Source: Paraspadella gotoi
Taxonomy: Eukaryota; Animalia; Chaetognatha
NCBI GenBank assembly: GCA_051294375.1
Contig: CM119265.1
Span: 27,668,989 to 27,732,988, forward strand
DNA: 64,000 bases
Direction: 5' to 3'
A model generated the notes under the pieces. That model was given only the letters and a program-made list of their open reading frames with translations. It searched no databases and was not told the origin of the DNA. This document shows positions 1-13,248 of this stretch, in pieces. Every line of letters begins with the position of its first letter. Within the stretch, counting starts at the first letter, position 1. Made by a program: the position numbers and the translations under genes.

Positions 1-1010
1 CTAAAACGTAAAAATACGGTAAAGCCATGTTGAAATATGGTATTTATCTGGCCCGGATCGCGCATGATCAATGCTTATTTTTAATTGATGTCCTTATTGG
101 ATAACCTACGTCAACCATTTTCAATACAGACCGGAACGCGCTTAAAAAAGCTTTTAGCATGCGAAAACTTGATATCCTTTCTATTTGCTCTAAATTTAAT
201 ATAAACTCTCTAAATTTACCCCCGCGCTCTACCTGAAACAGATAGTAAAAACAATACAGTTTCTTTCGATGGTCTTAGAACAAAAAAAATTGAAGGCTTG
301 ACTATGCAGTTTTCACCTAAAAAACCAGTTCATTTGATTGCTTTATCAAGCAATTGAGATTGCAAGATTTTTAATTTTTCTTTTTTTTATCTTGTAGAGA
401 AGACCATAAGCTATCCGAAACCGTACTGATATGTATGATTTGTTCTAATTTACAAAAGATCTTGCAGGTTTTTTGGGAAAAGGGAAAAAACGGCCTGACC
501 AGTTCATTTAAATCCCATTTTTGGGCATGATAAAATGGGAATTTCGATCGCGCTCTACCTCCGTTGGCTTCCCAAGACGCCAAGCTTTCGAAATCTACCC
601 ATATTGATATAATTTATATGGGCCTTGACTATGCAGTTTTGAATAGAAGTAAAGATATTAAGGAATCTTGATCGGAACTTCGATTCGAACGACGCGCAGC
701 CCTACTTTTATACATGACGTTTCTGTTTTTATTGTTTTTAACGTTTCAATCTTTTGACGTTCTTAAACGTTTTTCTTTTAATTTGTTACTGACCTTTAAA
801 AACTACTTCATTAAATACTGTATATTATAAATATTACTTTTACAGTATTTAATGAAGTAGTTTTTAACATTTTAGTAATGTTATAAGTGTTGATGTTAGT
901 GTATTACATCTTTATCAGTGTAGTTTTTATTTGTTTACTGTGTTCCAGTCTTTTTACGCAGTTGTTGATACCATTACTGTTTTTGTATTCAATATAATAA
1001 ATAAATAATT

Positions 1011-1244
1011 GAAAAGACAATAATTATTTTTATGAGTTAGTGACAGAACCGTTCAATATAAGCAGTCCCTGAGCTTCGGACCAGGGTGTAACACCGTGTT
1101 ACAGGCGGGTTAAGCGCCCCGTCCCTCTTATCTGCTAGGCGACCACCGGGCTAGAACCCCAGACCTTTGGGTTGGGAGGCGAATGACTTGCCTCCGGCAC
1201 CAATGGCCGCTGATGAACGGTTGGTGGATTTTAGTCCACCATAT
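1011..1244. mobile_element. Short interspersed repeat family A, copy 1: internal tRNA-like sequence on the minus strand, subterminal inverted repeats and a terminal hairpin
   Basis: Near-identical copies at about 1995-2228 and 18141-18374. AACCGTTCA...TGAACGGTT inverted repeat; GGTGGAttttagTCCACC hairpin; 72-nt tRNA-like segment at 1139-1210 (-) with a GCGGCCA/TGGTCGC acceptor stem and B-box-like GGTTCTAGCCC. Confidence 0.8.
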
Positions 1245-1428
1245 AATAAATAAAAAAAGTTAATGCCATTGTTCAAGTCCTTTTGGGGAAAAAAATTTAA
1301 ATTAAGTAATTTAGTTATCACCAGTGACTTTGTTATAAATTAACTCCAGTTTATTTCAAAGATTTTAGCAGCATTGATTGTTATGACACCATCGGCGCCA
1401 AAGGGAAAAAAATTATTTTATTTTTCAG

Positions 1429-4400
1429 TTGGTAACAGAAGAAATGGTGAAAATCTATTATGTGACTACACAGAAAGCAAGAGCTTTGATTACAGAGTAA
1501 GTCAAACATAATAAAGAGCGAGATCATTTTCATGGTTAGAAATCGATACGCATGCAAGCATCGCAGATGGAATCGGATCGGCGACTCGGATAAAATCTAT
1601 CGAGGACTTTCTGATTGGATGAATCATCATCGAAACGGACCAATGAGTAGAAAACGAGCCCGTGTCGATGATCCGATTGTATTGTATTGTATTGTTTTGT
1701 ATTATACCTGACCATTTTGAATTAAATGCATCTGTCTCAAATTCTGACACCGTCTTTGTTTGTGACTTTTCTGAGAATAAAATCCACTTTGGTTTTAAGT
1801 TGAAATCTCTGTCCACTTACTTAAAAGTGGTGCTAGTGGTTGGATTCGAACCCACGCCTCCAGAAAGATTGTCTACTTACTTAAATGTGGTGGCAGTGGT
1901 GAGATTCGAACCCACGCCTCGAGAGAGACTGGTGTTCTATTCTTAATTATCGTTATTTTTTAGTTTAGTAGTACTCGTGGAGAAACTCACTTCTGAAAAG
2001 ACAGTAATAATTATTATGTGTTAGTGACAGAACAGTTCAATGGAAGCAGTCCCTGAGCTTCTGATTAGGCTGTAACACCGTGTTACTGGAGGGTTAAGCG
2101 CCCCGTCCCTCGTAACTGCCAGGCGGCCACCGGGCTAGAACCCCGGACATTTGGGTTGGGAGGCGAATGACTTGCCTCCGGCACCAATAGCCGCTGATGA
2201 ACGGTTGGTGGATTTTAGTCCACCATACTTCTTTTTTTTTACAATCATGATTATTAAGAATTTGTTAATGTACTATAAATTGAACAATGTTTCAAACTTG
2301 TGTAAATGCGTGATAACCAAAAATTACGATCAAATGACCAATACTATCTAGGAAAAAAGTATATCACATTTTTAGTAGAGGAAATCTACTCAAAAACTTT
2401 TTTGATTAAAAACAAGTTTGAACAAACAATGTCGGATCTGTCCACGATCATTAGCGGTAATTAATTAATTTTTTAATACAAATTATATAAACTAAAAAAA
2501 ATTAATAAATTAATTAATTTGATCCGAAATGTTTGTTTTTAGGTCTTTTGATCACTGACTGTGGATAAGTCGCTAAATTGGTTGAAGAAGATTATCCGTA
2601 ACTTCTTCACCCCCTCTAGCAGATATGGAACGGGTCCTCGGCTTGGAACCAGGCTTGAGGGTTTTCCACGCCCCCAAAACGGCTTACGGCCGTCCTCGCA
2701 CTTCCCGCAGGGTAGGTACCGGGTTGTGATTGAACCCGGTACCTAATGGTCATGAGCTGATGGCTTTACTCAATGAGCCACCGGGTCACGACTGAAGGTT
2801 TTATGCTTAGAGGCGGGGTGAACTTTGCTATGCCCAACTACATGACCATGACAAAAGCAAAAGAAATGACAATGATGGCGACGACGACAATAATGATTGA
2901 CTTAATTGATTGATTGATTGATTAAATAATTAATTAATTTATAAATAAATTGATTGATTGAATAATTAATTTATAAATAACTATATAAATTTATTCATTG
3001 AATAATTGATTAATTGACCGATTAGTTAATTGTTTATTAATTAATTGACTAATTGATTAATTAACTGATTAATTATTTGATTAATTAATACATCTTGCAT
3101 TTATATTTAATATAAAAAGAAAAAGAAGCATGATCAATTAGTGAAACAGGTTTTTTGTTTTCTTCCATTTAAACTCATTTTCACTCAGATGATTTCATCG
3201 AAACTTGATTTCCAGCTTAATCATACACTTTCCTACCCACATACAAAATTTCAAGTCACTCGCCCCGTTCACTCATAAGTAATTGACGTTCAAATAGTGA
3301 AATATATTTTTTTGTTTTTTCCATTTAAACTCATTTCCACTTAAACGATTCCATCGAAACTTCCTATCCAGCTCAATCACACACATCCCTACCCACACAC
3401 AAAATTTCATTCCAATCCATCCATCTAATCACGAGCAATCAGAGTTTTTTGCTAAGGTGGGACGGACCGAAAGACGGAGACGGATGTCCTGACGGATATC
3501 ATTTTTTTTGCATAACTTAACATAATTCGATGTTCTGACATGATATAAGTGAATGCCCGACAAGATTGAGGGGGCGGACCGACGGACCGACAAAGTTAAT
3601 TATAGAGTTGGGATCTGCTAATAAGCAGATCCGACCAAAAAATCAGAATGTTTCCGAATCTACATTGAACTTCCTTTCAGTAGCTTCCTTCCATTTTTTC
3701 GTAGGTAGAATCGTTTAGAAGTTACAGGCAAAAAAAGATCGCTACTTCAAATGAAAAATAGCAACAAAAAAAATCATATTTAATTATCCACCATTTTTAG
3801 TATTTAGTTTTTTGTTTTTATTTCAAATAGAGTTAGTTGTTTATTTTCTTTTTTAATTTGGAAATGCTAAAGGCATTGCACCTTTTTAGTCGGATCTACT
3901 TATCAGCAGATTCCGACTCTATAATTCACTTTGTCGGTCCATCTGTCCCACCCCTAAATATTGTCGGGCACTCACTTAAATCATGTCAGAATATCGAATT
4001 ATGATAAATTATGAAAAAAAAAAGATGTCCGTCTGTCCGTTAGCAAAAAACTCCAATTACTCGTGATTGGATAGATGGAAAGATGCAAAACTTCATCGGA
4101 GCTGAAAAAAATTGCGTTAAAGATGTGGAAAAATATTTCACTGTCATACCTCAATTTGCTGTATGAGAGCAAGCCTAGAAAAATGCAGGCAGTAGTAGAT
4201 GCCGAGGAAGGGCATACTAAATATTGAAAATGTTTTACCCATGTTTTGTATATTTTTTATTGAATAAATGAACTTTTCAACAATTATGTGATGATACTAG
4301 ATAGTACTTACATATTTGTGTATCCAGACACGCGATCACTAATGGGCAACACCTTGATCATGCCAGTTCTTTTAAATTCATTACTTCTTCGTGTATATAA

Positions 4401-6211
4401 ACTAATAAAGCATTTATTTATTCGCTTATATTAATTTTTTCCCAAATCTATTCACCATCACAATTGCCTCTGCTTAACTCCTGCAGAGACGCATGCCCTG
4501 GCCGATGACTGTTATGTGTGCCGCCAGGGGCGCTCGGCACGTTGGTCGATACGTCACAATATCGAAGGCATCCACGGGTCGATTGGCAGTCTGTGAGATG
4601 AGAGTCTATGCCAGTGAGTATGTGATTCTTACATGAATCTATTATGGCAGAACTGGTTACATACTAACAGAAGTCCGGTATACATATTGTTAATGAGTTT
4701 ATTTAAGAACGAGAAATTAAAAAAACAATTTCAAGATTTATTTTTTAGTTAAATACAAGGATGCCATTTTATGTTATCCAATACTATATATTTAAAAATT
4801 TAAAATAAACAAAAATATAACAAATCAAATAAGGTACATAGCTATTTTAGTGTAATGAAGTCTGTAAAATTCTATGTTGATAACCATTTTTTTTGTATAG
4901 TTTCATCTTCTTTGTCGGAAATGGCGATTTATGCAGCATATAAGGTACTATTCAAATGCAACAAACGTTGTAGAGTATAAGAAATTCAAATTATTAAAAT
5001 TTTATAAAAGCAATATTTAGCTTACATAATATGAAAATAAAGACCCATATAAATATTTCGGTAAGTTTATTTACAAATTTTATATTTTATAAACTGTTTG
5101 TTTGCTATATTTGTTAATAATAATAATAAAAAAATAAGCTTAGGTGAAAAAATTAAAATTTTTAAATCTTAAAACCGGTTTTAAATTCCTTACAAAAAGT
5201 TGATATAAGAAAGTATAATCCATTTTAACAAATTCTTTCATTAAGTTGATTAAAAATGTTAAAAAACATTTTTTTTATTTAACTTTTCAATTTTTGGCTT
5301 AAATATATTTTTATAAATTTTGACCAACTTAATAACATAATTTTGGAATAAAAATTATATTTTCTTGGGTCAACCTTTTGCAAGGAATACAAATCCAGGA
5401 ATAAAATTTTGAAATTATTTTTTTTTAACTTTAACCTAATTTTTATTCATAATTATAAATAAATATAGTTAACTAACTTTTTATAAATATAAAATTTAGA
5501 AATAAACCTACCAAATATTATTATTTTATATTTCAAAAGCTCATATAAATTTTATAAAATTTTAATAATTTGATTTATCTTAACTTAAAATTGTTTTTTT
5601 TTTATGACAATTTTATATACATTATAAATCGTCATTTTCGACAAGAAAGATAAAATTATACAAAAAAATGGTCATCACCATCGAATTCTACAGACTTTGT
5701 TTGCACTAAAATAGCTATGTACCTTATTCGATTTGTTATATTTTGTTTATTTTTAAACGCCCTATATAATAGTATTATAGTATATAATATATAATAATAT
5801 ATAATACTATATAATGTCCAAAATAATAATCTAATAGAGCTTGAAAGTTAAAAAAATTTAATGGTTTGTCCATGAAAATTAGCAAAAACTATTAAATTTA
5901 TGGAATGATAATGATGATGATAAATTTTTAAAGTTTTTTTTATTTATTTATTATCAAAGTTTTTAAAATTTGTAATGCAAACCTTTATTTAACTTTTTGA
6001 TATCTATCAGAATCCGTTTTTTAAAAGTTCAAATTAAAAAAAATTATACATTTCTTAAATATTGTTAAATCTTAAAATGCTTCCATGCATGAGGAAAATG
6101 AATTAATTCAAAATCCAACATCATAAATCAATTCGGTTGTAAAAGGACAAAAGACGGTTTTATATTATGAAAAATGTTGAATTCTGGCCCGCCCTACCAT
6201 CTATATATCTA

Positions 6212-6246
<35 letters not shown>

Positions 6247-9200
6247 TAAACAAGCCTCTACTAAGGCTCATTGGATCTTTAGTTAACAGCTGATAGTGCC
6301 AAAAGATTTGTTAATTTATTTATTTATTTTTTTTTTTTTATAGAAAAATCGTTCCTCCGACGAACGACAACAAAAGCAACGACGACGGACGAGACGACGA
6401 CGAAAAAGACGACGACGACGACCAAGGCGCTACTCCAGCACCAACGCAGGCTTCTGCACCTGCAGCGACTACTCCTGCACCTCCGCCAGCATCGTCCCCT
6501 GCAGAATCGTCTCCTGCAGCGTCGTCTCCTGCGGCGGAATCTCCTGCCGCTGAGGAGCCGAAGACGACGTCGCTCCCAGCGGAGAAACGAGATCGAAGAG
6601 AAGATGGCCAGTTCTCCTGGTACGGATAATTATTAAAATATGGGGATTTAGTTATTTAGTGTTGTTAGTGATATATATATATATAAAATATTAGTTATTT
6701 TCTGATTTTATATTTTTATATTATAAAATACGTCAAAGTATTTTTTAAAACCTTGTCATCTATTCTTTAAGACATGTAAAACGTGGACTATGATTTTTTA
6801 AAACTTATTTTGAAATAAAAGTTTAATTAAAAGCTTGTAGAATCTTGCTATGTTATTATCTTGCAAGAGAGATGGTGTCCTTAACCTAAACATGTCAAAA
6901 ATCTGATAGCAAGACAGCATTCTATGAATGAATAGTTTTTGTATTGGTTGTATCAATTTTATTACGATGATAGCGTTACCCCGCATTTTACCTCCACAAA
7001 AAAACTTATGTTTGGCAAATAATTCTAGTAAATACAAAAAAAGGTTTATACTTTATTATACATATTAATAATTCACACTAATTCCTTTTTTTTATCAGTG
7101 AACGCGAGCGATCAACTCTTACAGGAAGAGAAGAAAAGTAAGTCTTTAACGTTTTGGCAAAATGTACAATAACCTTCTCTCGCTTTACTCAGTAACAGTA
7201 CAGTACAGTACAGTATAGTATAGTACAGTTTTAATCAAATGTAAAAAAATAAAATCATTTATAAATTTTCATTGACGATTGATTAAGGAATTAATGATAT
7301 GAACGAACGAACGAACGAATGATTTTATTATATAAATGTTAAATGAATTAATTAATGAACTCCATTCATCATTAAATCTCTAAATCAACAAATCAATAAA
7401 ACAATCATTTGATCAATCAATCATATAATCACTTTCTGGATTAATCGATCAATCAAGCAATTAATGGCAGTGATTTCTATCGAGGAATTCAGCAAAAAAA
7501 CCACTTTTTGCCATATAGCTAGAATATTACCAACAATATTGATTAAATTTGAATCCTAAGACAAAGAGGGCTGGACTACGAATTAATTCAAGTCATCTGC
7601 TGCATTTTCTAATCAAGAATAATATACCATTTTGCTACTTTTAATAAAAAAAAATTATGTCCATTTTTTGCCATTTTGACTTTTGTCTTGACATTTGAAC
7701 GTCAAGATCATTGAAGAAAAATTTTTTTACTCCGGATTTCGGGTCCTTCTTATCTTCTTTACCTCTGAGTTGTTTCATTTGACATTGATCATATATTGTT
7801 TGTCTATGAATTAATTTTTAAAATTGACTAGTGAAAAACTTACATTTTTATATTTTATTACAATTTGTTAAACGAAAATACTTCAAAATGTCCACAATCT
7901 AATCAAATATTCCCTATCAACGGTGCTTCTGGTACCTAAAAAATAGNNNNNNNNNNNNNNNNNNNNNNNNNAAAAAAAAGATGTCCGTCTGTCCGTTAGC
8001 AAAAAACTCCAATTACTCGTGATTGGATAGATGGAAAGATGCAAAACTTCATCGGAGCTGAAAAAAATTGCGTTAAAGATGTGGAAAAAATTTCACTGTC
8101 ATACCTCAATTTGCTGTATGAGAGCAAGCCTAGAAAAATGCAGGCAGTAGTAGATGCCGAGGAAGGGCATACTAAATATGAAAATGTTTTACCCATGTTT
8201 TGTATATTTTTTTATTGAATAAATGAACTTTTCAACAATTATGTGATGATACTAGATAGTACTTACATATTTGTGTATCCAGACACGCGATCACTAATGG
8301 GCAACACCTTGATCATGCCAGTTCTTTTAAATTCATTACTTCTTCGTGTATATAAACTAATAAAGCATTTATTTATTCGCTTATATTAATTTTTTCCCAA
8401 ATCTATTCACCATCACAATTGCCTCTGCTTAACTCCTGCAGAGACGCATGCCCTGGCCGATGACTGTTATGTGTGCCGCCAGGGGCGCTCGGCACGTTGG
8501 TCGATACGTCACAATATCGAAGGCATCCACGGGTCGATTGGCAGTCTGTGAGATGAGAGTCTATGCCAGTGAGTATGTGATTCTTACATGAATCTATTAT
8601 GGCAGAACTGGTTACATACTAACAGAAGTCCGGTATACATATTGTTAATGAGTTTATTTAAGAACGAGAAATTAAAAAAACAATTTCAAGATTTATTTTT
8701 TAGTTAAATACAAGGATGCCATTTTATGTTATCCAATACTATATATTTAAAAATTTAAAAATAACAAAATATAACAAATCAAATAAGGTACATAGCTATT
8801 TTAGTGTAATGAAGTCTGTAAAATTCTATGTTGATAACCATTTTTTTGTATAGTTTCATCTTCTTTGTCGGAAATGGCGATTTATGCAGCATATAAGGTA
8901 CTATTCAAATGCAACAAACGTTGTAGAGTATAAGAAATTCAAATTATTAAAATTTTTAAAAGCAATATTTAGCTTACATAATATGAAAATAAAGACCCAT
9001 ATAAATATTTCGGTAAGTTTATTTACAAATTTTATATTTTATAAACTGTTTGTTTGCTATATTTGTTAATAATAATAATAAAAAAATAAGCTTAGGTGAA
9101 AAAATTAAAATTTTAAATCTTAAAACCGGTTTTAAATTCCTTACAAAAAGTTGATATAAGAAAGTATAATCCATTTTAACAAATTCTTTCATTAAGTTGA

Positions 9201-10164
9201 TTAAAAATGTTAAAAACATTTTTTTTATTTAACTTTTCAATTTTTGGCTTAAATATAGTTTTTATAAATTTTGACCAACTTAATAACATAATTTTGGAAT
9301 AAAAATTATATTTTCTTGGGTCAACCTTTTGCAAGGAATACAAATCCAGGAATAAAATTTTGAAATTATTTTTTTTTAACTTTAACCTAATTTTTATTCA
9401 TAATTATAAATAAATATAGTTAACTAACTTTTTATAAATATAAAATTTAGAAATAAACCTACCAAAATATTATTATTTTATATTTCAAAAGCTCATATAA
9501 ATTTTATAAAATTTTAATAATTTGATTTATCTTAACTTAAAATTGTTTTTCTTTTTATGACAATTTTATATACATTATAAATCGTCATTTTCGACAAGAA
9601 AGATAAAATTATACAAAAAAATGGTCATCACCATCGAATTCTACAGACTTGTTTGCACTAAAATAGCTATGTACCTTATTCGATTTGTTATATTTTGTTA
9701 TTTTTAAACGCCCTATATAATAGTATTATAGTATATAATATATAATAATATATAATACTATATAATGTCCAAAATAATAATCTAATAGAGCTTGAAAGTT
9801 AAAAAAATTTAATGGTTTGTCCATGAAAATTAGCAAAAACTATTAAATTTATGGAATGATAATGATGATGATAAATTTTTTAAAGTTTTTTTTTATTTAT
9901 TTATTATCAAAGTTTTTAAAATTTGTAATGCAAACCTTTATTTAACTTTTTGATATCTATCAGAATCCGTTTTTTAAAAGTTCAAATTAAAAAAAATTAT
10001 ACATTTCTTAAATATTGTTAAATCTTAAAATGCTTCCATGCATGAGGAAAATGAATTAATTCAAAATCCAACATCATAAATCAATTCGGTTGTAAAAGGA
10101 CAAAAGACGGTTTTATATTATGAAAAATGTTGAATTCTGGCCCGCCCTACCATCTATATATCTA

Positions 10165-10199
<35 letters not shown>

Positions 10200-13100
10200 T
10201 AAACAAGCCTCTACTAAGGCTCATTGGATCTTTAGTTAACAGCTGATAGTGCCAAAAAGATTTGTTAATTTATTTATTTATTTTTTTTTTTTTATAGAAA
10301 AAATCGTTCCTCCGACGACGACAACAAAAGCAACGACGACGACGACGACGACAACGACGAAAAAGACGACGACGACGACCAAGGCCGCTACTCCAGCACC
10401 AACGCAGGCTTCTGCACCTGCAGCGACTACTCCTGCACCTCCGCCAGCATCGTCCCCTGCAGAATCGTCTCCTGCAGCGTCGTCTCCTGCGGCGGAATCT
10501 CCTGCCGCTGAGGAGCCGAAGACGACGTCGCCTCCAGCGGAGAACGAGACGGAGATGAAGATGGCCAGTTCTCCTGGTACGGATAATTATTAAAATATGG
10601 GGGATTTAGTTATTTAGTGTTGTTAGTGATATATATATATATAAAATATTAGTTATTTTCTGATTTTATATTTTTATAATTATAAAATACGTCAAAGTAT
10701 TTTTTAAAACCTTGTCATCTATTCTTTAAGACATGGTAAAACGTGGACTATGATTTTTTAAAACTTATTTTGAAATAAAAGTTTAATTAAAAGCTTGTAG
10801 AATCTTGCTATGTTATTATCTTGCAAGAGAGATGGTGTCCTTAACCTAAACATGTCAAAAATCTGATAGCAAGACAGCATTCTATGAATGAATAGTTTTG
10901 TATTGGTTGTATCAATTTTATTACGATGATAGCGTTACCGCATTTTACCTCCACAAAAAAACTTATGTTTGGCAAATAATTCTAGTAAATACAAAAAAAG
11001 GTTTATACTTTTATTATACATATTAATAATTCACACTAATTCCTTTTTTTTATCAGTGAACGCGAGCGATCAACTCTTACAGGAAGAGAAGAAAAGTAAG
11101 TCTTTAACGTTTTGGCAAAATGTACAATAACCTTCTCTCGCTTTACTCAGTAACAGTACAGTACAGTACAGTATAGTATAGTACAGTTTTAATCAAAATG
11201 TAAAAAATAAAATCATTTATAAATTTTCATTGACGATTGATTAAGGAATTAATGATATGAACGAACGAACGAACGAATGATTTTATTAATATAATGATAA
11301 ATGAATTAATTAATGAACTCCATTCATCATTAAATCTCTAAATCAACAAATCAATAAAACAATCATTTGATCAATCAATCATATAATCACTTTCTGGATT
11401 AATCGATCAATCAAGCAATTAATGGCAGTGATTTCTATCGAGGAATTCAGCAAAAAAACCAATTTTATTGCCATATAGCTAGAATATTACCAAATATTGA
11501 TTAAATTTGAATCCTAAGACAAAGAGGGCTGGACTACGAATTAATTCAAGTCATCTGCTGCATTTTCTAATCAAGAATAAATACCATTTTTGCTACTTTT
11601 AATAAAAAAAAATTATGTCCATTTTTGTCCATTTTGACTTTTGTCTTGACATTTGAACGTCAAGATCATTGAAGAAAAATTTTTTACTCCGGATTTCGGG
11701 TCCTTCTTATTCTTTACCTCTGAGTTGTTTCATTTGACATTGATCATATATTGTTTGTCTATGAATTAATTTTTAAATTGACTAGTGAAAACTTACATTT
11801 TTATATTTTATTACAATTTGTTAAACGAAAATACTTCAAAATGTCCACAATTCTAATCAAATATTCCCTATCAACGGTGCTTCTGGTACCTAAAAATTAG
11901 GTCAAAAAATGTAATACTTTTGCTGCAAAATAATTTTTAAGCCTACTTTTAATTTGTGAGGATTTGTGAGGAGCGTTTTATTTGAACTAATGCTCGATTT
12001 TTGACTTATTTTATAGTTTTAATAGATGAGAAACACACTAAAGTGGAAAAATTTAAAAAAACGCTTTCTTTTAATGAAAGGGGAAGCGTCCGTAAATTAA
12101 TTTCCCTCAATCGACAGGTTTTTGCAGAAAAAATTTCCGCAAATTCTGTCGATTTTTTAAATCTGCTAGGCACCAAACTTTGAATAGAATCATACGCTAC
12201 CCAATATTTTTTTTATTACAATACATTTTAAAGATTTTTTTACATCTAGTATGATATAAATGCAAAAAATGAGTGAGAATGAGAAAAAGATAAGAGAGGC
12301 GAGAGCATGGGTGAAAAAAAAGCTTCAGGGAGAGAGAGAAATAGTGAAAAGAAATTGATATATGGCGAGAAGGGGGAGAACGAGAACAATTAAGAGAAAA
12401 GAAAAGATAAGAAAGAGGGAAGAAAAAGAATCAGAGAGGGAGAGAAAAGCAGAGATAGAGAGGAAGGAAAATAAAGGTAAAGGAAGAAAAGAAGGGATGA
12501 CACAGAGAAATATGAGGACAGAAAAGTCGGAGAAAGGGAGAAAAAGAGAGGGACAGAGAGAAGTTAAAGAGAGAAAAAAATAGTGGAAAAAATGGAAAAA
12601 AGTTTTAAAATAAGTGTGCCGTTTTTTGCCTAATATCTAAAAAACACGATAGATCTGACGAGCAATTCAATCTTTAAAAGTTGCCCTTACAATAAAATAT
12701 CGTTTTAGTTTCATCTTAATAGGGCAGATACCATAAATAGAATGATTAACGTAAAAGAAATTATGTTCTTACCGTATTTTGAAAGCATAGAAATTCTCCC
12801 AGTGAGTTCTATGTTATAAGGAGAAGATAACTATGGCCAACCGTTTTTTTAAATAAAGCGTGTGTTATATTAATCAGTGGGAATAAATAAATAATAGTTT
12901 TATAATAAGTTTCAATTTCATTGTTAAAAATACGCCTAATACATCAATCAAACGAACAATTGATCTTTCAACCAATCAATAAATAAATCCAATCCGATGA
13001 ATCCGATCCGATCCGATCCAATCCAATCAATCTCAGTCGAGGAGGCTCTCTCTACGGGTTGCGGGGGAGGATGCGTGGCCACGATTATCGTCGGCGTCAT

Positions 13101-13248
13101 CACTATCATCGCTATTGGCGTCGGAATCTATTTCGTCTATAAGAAGAAGCAAGAGGGAGAAGAGGGGGAGGAAGGAGCTGAGGGAGAGGAAGAGGCGGCG
13201 GCCAACGCCAGTCGAAGACTCTCTCGAAAGAAGGGGGGAAGACGATGA
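1429..13248 (+). CDS. Partial multi-exon gene (5' end upstream of the window): type I membrane protein with F-type lectin (fucolectin/FTP, F5/8-type-C-like) domain, Thr/Ser/Pro mucin-like stalk, one TM helix and a short tail. Exons 1429-1496, 8442-8568 (duplicate copy 4487-4613), 10298-10576, 11057-11095, 13037-13248
   Basis: AG/GT boundaries with compatible phases (0,1,1,1). Translation: GNRRNGENLLCDY...MCAARGARHVGRYVTISKASTGRLAVCEMRVYA (GRYVTI...L.VCE..VY resembles the FTP-domain C-terminus), then PPTTTTKATTTT...SSPA, then TM GCVATIIVGVITIIAIGVGIYFVY followed by KKK, stop TGA at 13248. Confidence 0.8.
1811..1934 (-). pseudogene. Two tandem (60-bp period) 3' halves of a tRNA-Leu-like sequence ending in CCA
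   Basis: Reverse complement CACCAGTCTCTCTCGAGGCGTGGGTTCGAATCTCACCACTGCCACCA shows a long variable arm, T-loop GTTCGAAT and a CCA end; no 5' half is present. Confidence 0.65.
1995..2228. mobile_element. Repeat family A, copy 2
   Basis: Aligns by eye with 1011-1244 along its whole length. Confidence 0.8.
2603..2824 (-). mobile_element. Repeat family B, copy 1, with a tRNA(CAT)-like head (SINE-like)
   Basis: Reverse complement GACCCGGTGGCTCATTGAGTAAAGCCATCAGCTCATGACCATTAGGTACCGGGTTCAATC... has A/B-box-like motifs; diverged copies at about 47378-47555 and 61572-61757. Confidence 0.7.
3410..4080. mobile_element. Two inverted copies (about 3410-3642 and 3883-4080) of a Helentron/DINE-1-like non-autonomous element
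   Basis: GACG/CGGA microsatellite core and terminal palindrome GGATCTGCT.ATAAGCAGATCC; the second block is the reverse complement of the first. Confidence 0.55.
4081..4227 (+). pseudogene. Tc1-family transposase C-terminal fragment (duplicate copy at about 8037-8181)
   Basis: Translates RCKTSSELKKIALKMWKNISLSYLNLLYESKPRKMQAVVDAEEGHTKY*, matching the typical Tc1 C-terminal pattern L.ESMPRR..AVI.A.GG.TKY. Confidence 0.8.
4798..5757. mobile_element. AT-rich foldback/MITE-like element with long terminal inverted repeats (duplicate at about 8753-9710)
   Basis: AAATATAACAAATCAAATAAGGTACATAGCTATTTTAGTG... at the left end is the near reverse complement of ...CACTAAAATAGCTATGTACCTTATTCGATTTGTTATATTTT at the right end; complementarity continues inward for several hundred bp. 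Confidence 0.7.
11470..12885. repeat. Interspersed repeat of about 1.4 kb; diverged second copy at about 20560-21925
   Basis: Shared blocks in the same order: ATGTCCATTTTTGTCCATTTT, TATGAATTAATTTT, TCGACAG..TTTGC.GAAA, CTTTAAAAGTTG and CCGTTTTTTTAAATAAAG, with a purine-rich centre. Confidence 0.6.

Larger units (their letters stand above)
4015..11900. repeat. About 3.9-kb near-identical direct duplication (4015-7946 and 7972-11900) separated by a 25-N gap
   Basis: The copies differ mostly by 1-bp homopolymer indels; the first copy of the mucin exon is frameshifted. Confidence 0.9.

Noticed and set aside
1139-1210. Functional tRNA-Gly gene
   Set aside because: The anticodon stem does not pair, the T-loop is non-canonical (TTCTAGC), and it is embedded in a dispersed repeat
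1210-1244. Hammerhead ribozyme in family A (CTGATGA followed by a hairpin)
   Set aside because: No GAAA core after the stem in any of the three copies
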